Shown here piece after piece: positions 28,406 to 32,000 of a stretch of 32,000 bases of DNA. The first letter of the stretch is position 1. Every line of letters starts with the position of its first letter. The position numbers were made by a program, and so were the translations under genes. The notes under the pieces are model-generated. The model saw only the letters and a list, made by a program, of their open reading frames with translations. It was not told the DNA's origin and searched no databases. Location: assembly GCA_028287505.1 (NCBI GenBank), contig JAQBPN010000076.1, forward strand, positions 32,069 through 64,068. Direction: 5' to 3'. This DNA comes from Fibrobacterota bacterium (lineage in GTDB: Bacteria; Fibrobacterota; Fibrobacteria; UBA11236).

Positions 28406-29311
28406 TCAGGAATGTCTGCGCGCCGCTTTTTTCCCTTGGCAGGTGGGGCAGTGGACGGTGCCCCGCTGGGCGACCAGCGATTTCTTGAGGATTGTCCTGC
28501 AACTGCGGCAGGGTTCGCCGCCGCGGCCGTATACCTGGAGGCGCTCTTGGTTGGAGCCCTCGGTGCCGTCCGGTTTCCGGTAGTCGGAGAAGGAGGTTCC
28601 GTTGTTGCGGATGCCTTTGCGCAAGACTTCCTTGACCGCTTCCAGCAACCGGACCTGCTCCGGTTCCCGAAGGTCCCGCACGCGCGATTGGGGATGGATT
28701 CCGCTTTTGAAAAGCGCTTCATCCGCGTAGATGTTGCCGACTCCGGCGAGGAAGGATTGATCGAGGAGCAGGGCCTTGATGGGTCGGGCGCTGGCGGCGG
28801 GGAAGCTTTTTTTCAGGAAGGATTTGACGCGCAGTTCCAGGGGTTCCTCCCCCAGGATGCTGAGGCGCGGGTGCCTGGGCCAATCGCGGCCGGGCACCAG
28901 GAAGATCTTCCCGAACGTGCGCGGGTCCCGGAATAGGACCCTTTCCCCGTTTTCCAGCCAAAGGATGAGATGGGTATGCTTGTCCACCGGGTGGACGCCC
29001 TTGGGCTTTTCAAGGCCGGTCACGGTACGGACAAAGCCGGCATTCTCCACGTAGTCGGCCGGCGAGAAGGTGAGTTGCCCGGTCATGCCCAGATGGATTA
29101 CCAGGGAGCAATCCGCCAGTTCGATGACGATGTATTTGCCTCGCCTGAGGATCCGGGATACGCCCTGGCCTTTCAGCGCGGAGGAGAAGTTCCCGGGATC
29201 CATGTCCAACAACATGCGGCCCAGGCGCAGTTCGGCCTTTTCAATCCGCTTTCCCTCCACGCTGGGGATGAGCATGCGTACGATGGTTTCTACTTCCGGG
29301 AGCTCTGGCAT
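28406..29311 (-). CDS. mutM: Formamidopyrimidine-DNA glycosylase (Fpg/MutM)
   Basis: The start is set at the ATG at 29311, giving MPELPEVETIVR with the catalytic Pro2/Glu3. The H2TH region and a C-terminal zinc finger (CRSC..CPTC) are present. The track ORF to 29539 is an upstream extension with no support. Confidence 0.9.
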   Translation of the reverse strand: MPELPEVETIVRMLIPSVEGKRIEKAELRLGRMLLDMDPGNFSSALKGQGVSRILRRGKYIVIELADCSLVIHLGMTGQLTFSPADYVENAGFVRTVTGLEKPKGVHPVDKHTHLILWLENGERVLFRDPRTFGKIFLVPGRDWPRHPRLSILGEEPLELRVKSFLKKSFPAASARPIKALLLDQSFLAGVGNIYADEALFKSGIHPQSRVRDLREPEQVRLLEAVKEVLRKGIRNNGTSFSDYRKPDGTEGSNQERLQVYGRGGEPCRSCRTILKKSLVAQRGTVHCPTCQGKKAARRHS

Positions 29312-29325
29312 ACGGTAGGCTGGGC

Positions 29326-29396
29326 TATAATATGTAAATTTGCTTATTACAACATACCAAAAGAAACGGAAGATCAGGCCCAAGGCCCGTCTTCCG
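29326..29396 (+). promoter_or_regulatory. Candidate -10 element and structured 5' leader of the metX-metW gene
   Basis: A perfect TATAAT lies at 29326-29331, but the -35 is poor. A hairpin CGGAAGA..(GGCC-CAA-GGCC)..TCTTCCG spans 29367-29396. Its 3' arm could alternatively pair with the GGAAGGA RBS at 29404-29410. Confidence 0.3.
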
Positions 29397-29417
29397 GGAC
29401 CTGGGAAGGATCGAGAA

Positions 29418-31262
29418 ATGCCGGCGCAGGCTGGAATCCCCAAGCCGAAAACGACATCGGACGCGGAACAGGTGTCGGTGGAAACCCGCATCATGAAACT
29501 GGATTTGCCTCCCGGAGGGTTCCGGCTGGTATCCGGCAAATTCCTGAAGGCGGTGGAGGTGGCGTACGAAACCTACGGCGCCCTGAACCCGGCCAAAAGC
29601 AACGCAGTGATGATCTGCTCTCCGCTGACCACGGACGCCCACGCGGCCGGATACAATCCGGGCTATGAGAGGGCCAAGGACCGCATCGGCTGGTGGGACG
29701 ACATGATCGGGCCGGGCAAGGCCATAGATACCAACCGGTATTTCGTGATCGCGTCCAACATGCTGGGCGGCTGCAAAGGCACCACGGGACCCAGCTCCGC
29801 CGACCCCGATACCGGGCTCCCGTACGGCTCCGCATTCCCCAAGATCACCGTGGAGGACATGGTGGGCGTGCAGAGGCTCCTATCGCTGCAACTGGGCATC
29901 GAAGTGCTGGAAGCGGTGGTGGGCGGCAGCATGGGAGGCATGCAGGCCTTGCAGTGGAGCACGGCCTATCCGGACAAGGTGCGCAAATGCATTTGCATCG
30001 CGGCCGCGGCCTGCCTTTCGGCCCAGGCGCTGGGATTCGAAATCATCGGCCGCAAGGCCATCGTCAACGATCCGGATTTCAAGAACGGGGACTTCTACCG
30101 GGACGGAATCATTCCCGAACGCGGCCTCTCTTATGCGAGGATGATCGGGCATTTGACCTACCTGTCCGCATTGTCCATGCACGAGAAGTTCGGCCGCAAC
30201 CGTAAAGAGGATTGGGACGAATCCCGCTTCGAAACCGGATTCGAGGTGGAAAGCTATCTCAACCATCAGGGCGACCAGTTCGTGCGGCGCTTCGACGCCA
30301 ACTCCTATCTGCACATCACCTGGGCCATGGACCATTTCGATCTGGTGGCCCGCTACGGTTCGCTGGACAAGGCTTTCGCCCCTTCGCAGGCGGAGTTCCT
30401 GCTGGTGGCCCTCTCCTCCGACTGGCTTTTTTTCCCGGAGCAGACCCGCGAATTGGGTAAGGTGCTGCTGGACCAGAAGAAGATCGTTTCCGTGGTGGAA
30501 CTGGAATCCCCTTATGGCCACGACGCCTTCCTGCTGGAGGTGGCCAACCTGTCCCAGGTCATTTACGGGTTCCTGGAAAAGCCGGCCTTCGACAACGGCG
30601 GCGGTCCGGGTGGAAGAAAAGGCGGGCCCAGGGAAAAGCATGCGCGCGGAAACGGGTTCGGCGCGGCGCGGGACATTGAAGCCCTGGCTTCCCTGATCGA
30701 GCCCGGCAGCCATATCATCGATATCGGCTGCGGGGACGGCGTGCTCATCGACAGCCTGTACAAGAGCCATGGAGTGACCGGAATCGGCATCGATATCGAT
30801 CTGGACCACGTGGTGGAATGTCTGCGCAAGAACGTGCCGGTATTGCAAAGCGACGCGGACCGCGGGCTGTCCCTGGTCGGGGACGGCGCATTCGATTACG
30901 CCGTGCTCAACCGCACCCTGCAGGAGGTGAAAAAGCCCCAACTGGTACTGAACGAAATGTTGCGGGTGGCGAGCAAGGGCATCGTCGCCTTCCCCAACTT
31001 CGCCTACGTGGGCAACCGCCTGTCCCTGTTGACGACGGGGGTGATGCCGGTATCCGAGGCGTTACCCTACAATTGGCATGATACGCCCAACATCCACCTT
31101 TTCAGCCTGGACGATTTCCGCCTGCTCTGCTCGCGGGAAGGCATCGAAATCGAAAAAATCCTCTACCTGGGCGAAACCCTGATTTCCAGGCTGTTCCTGG
31201 GCATGGGCCGTCCCAACCTGGGATCGGAGTTCGTCATCGCCCGGATTTCCAAGGGCGCCTAG
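29418..31262 (+). CDS. metX: Homoserine O-acyltransferase MetX fused to MetW (methionine biosynthesis protein)
   Basis: The start is set at the ATG at 29418 (GGAAGGA RBS 7 nt upstream), giving 614 aa. The MetX part contains VEVAYETYGALN, GGSMGGMQALQW (the nucleophile elbow) and GHDAFL. A Gly-rich linker follows (DNGGGPGGRKGGPREKHARGNGFG). The MetW part contains IIDIGCGDGVLI, FDYAVLNRTLQEVKKP and HLFSLDDFRLLC. Confidence 0.85.
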   Translation: MPAQAGIPKPKTTSDAEQVSVETRIMKLDLPPGGFRLVSGKFLKAVEVAYETYGALNPAKSNAVMICSPLTTDAHAAGYNPGYERAKDRIGWWDDMIGPGKAIDTNRYFVIASNMLGGCKGTTGPSSADPDTGLPYGSAFPKITVEDMVGVQRLLSLQLGIEVLEAVVGGSMGGMQALQWSTAYPDKVRKCICIAAAACLSAQALGFEIIGRKAIVNDPDFKNGDFYRDGIIPERGLSYARMIGHLTYLSALSMHEKFGRNRKEDWDESRFETGFEVESYLNHQGDQFVRRFDANSYLHITWAMDHFDLVARYGSLDKAFAPSQAEFLLVALSSDWLFFPEQTRELGKVLLDQKKIVSVVELESPYGHDAFLLEVANLSQVIYGFLEKPAFDNGGGPGGRKGGPREKHARGNGFGAARDIEALASLIEPGSHIIDIGCGDGVLIDSLYKSHGVTGIGIDIDLDHVVECLRKNVPVLQSDADRGLSLVGDGAFDYAVLNRTLQEVKKPQLVLNEMLRVASKGIVAFPNFAYVGNRLSLLTTGVMPVSEALPYNWHDTPNIHLFSLDDFRLLCSREGIEIEKILYLGETLISRLFLGMGRPNLGSEFVIARISKGA

Positions 31263-31291
31263 AGGCCCCCGCCGGCGCTGCGCAACCACCC

Positions 31292-32000
31292 ATGCCCCGC
31301 TATTATTTCGACCACAACGCCACCACTCCCTTGCACCCCGAGGTGGCCTCCGCCATGGCCGCCTTGCTTGGTGCCGCGCCGGCCGCGGGGCTTGGATTCG
31401 GAAACCCTTCCAGCATCCATTGGGCGGGGCGCGAGGCGCGCCGGCTGGTGGAGGACGCGCGCGAATCCCTGGCCCGCCTTATCGCCGTCGATCCCGGGGA
31501 AATCGTTTTCACCAGCGGAGGCACCGAGGCGGACAACCTTGCCATCCTTGGCGCGGCCGCATCCGGACGCCTGCGGGGACGTCACGCGGTGGCGGCATCC
31601 TTCGAACATCCCGCCGTCCTGGGGGCGTACCGCAAACTCGCGGCGGACGGCTGGGACATCACCTGGGTCGATCCGGACGCCAACGGAGTGGTTCAGGCGG
31701 AAGCCGTGGAAGGAAGCCTGCGCCCCGATACCGCATTGGTATCGGTGATGGCCGCCAACAATGAAACGGGCGCGGTGCAACCCGTGGCCGCCATCGGCCG
31801 CCTGCTGCGCGGACGCGGCATCCTGTTCCACTGCGACGGCGTGCAGGCCCTGGGCAAGCTGGCCGAGGTGCGGCCGCGCGAGTGGCGGGCGGATTACCTG
31901 GCCTTGTCGGCGCACAAGATCAACGGGCCGAAAGGCGTGGGCGCGCTGTACGTCCGCAAAGGGGCCCCGATGCAAGGGCTCACCCTGGGAGGTCCGCAGG
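31292..32000 (+). CDS. Cysteine desulfurase (NifS/IscS-like class V aminotransferase), 3' end runs off the window
   Basis: The frame is open to the window edge, so it is absent from the track. From the ATG at 31292 it reads MPRYYFDHNATTPLHPEVASAM...GNPSSIHWAGREARRLVEDARE..IVFTSGGTEADNLAI...ANNETGAVQP...LSAHKINGPKGVGALYV. The PLP lysine sits in SAHK. Confidence 0.85.
   Translation, partial: MPRYYFDHNATTPLHPEVASAMAALLGAAPAAGLGFGNPSSIHWAGREARRLVEDARESLARLIAVDPGEIVFTSGGTEADNLAILGAAASGRLRGRHAVAASFEHPAVLGAYRKLAADGWDITWVDPDANGVVQAEAVEGSLRPDTALVSVMAANNETGAVQPVAAIGRLLRGRGILFHCDGVQALGKLAEVRPREWRADYLALSAHKINGPKGVGALYVRKGAPMQGLTLGGPQ

Noticed and set aside
29304-29319. TGGCATACGGTAGGCT on the plus strand, with GG-N10-GC spacing correct for sigma-54
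   Set aside because: The -12 element is AGGC rather than TTGC and the -24 element has a mismatch. It overlaps the mutM start codon, and a perfect sigma-70 -10 hexamer lies immediately downstream. It is most likely chance.

Overview
GC-rich (about 60% by eye) chromosomal segment from a diderm bacterium. I cannot place it taxonomically from sequence alone. It is mostly housekeeping, with about 24 supportable CDS. The GC content produces many long antisense shadow ORFs in the six-frame track, which I rejected. Left to right: asnB (partial, -); an IMPDH-family gene (+); an isolated 60-aa ORF (-) behind a near-consensus sigma-54 promoter; and a 1135-aa lipoprotein (-) combining a PQQ-type sugar dehydrogenase, Ig-like modules, two CBM6 copies and a CBM4/9-like module. 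Next comes one contiguous minus-strand chaperone locus: groES-groEL, terminator, then hrcA-grpE-dnaK-dnaJ followed by an NtrC-family sigma-54 activator, with a single CIRCE operator upstream of groES. A plus-strand envelope cluster follows: an ABC exporter, an ICMT-family methyltransferase and waaA (the three translationally coupled), then ispH, a GT-B-like protein and rpmB. The final minus-strand run is lspA, a 913-aa TPR protein, a DEDDh exonuclease, a DUF374/LPLAT protein, a Cys/His-rich small protein and mutM. The window ends with a divergent metX-metW fusion and a partial cysteine desulfurase (+). I found no CRISPR array, transposase, integrase, tRNA, rRNA or recognisable defence system. 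The most interesting signals are: (1) a possible sigma-54 circuit, with an orphan activator at the end of the dnaK operon and a strong -24/-12 promoter plus upstream palindrome in front of an unclassifiable 60-aa ORF; (2) an LmtA-like ICMT methyltransferase wedged between an MsbA-like exporter and waaA; (3) the polysaccharide-targeted PQQ oxidoreductase lipoprotein with a recent CBM6 duplication; and (4) a MetX-MetW single-polypeptide fusion. All family assignments rest on motif recognition by eye. No database search was run.
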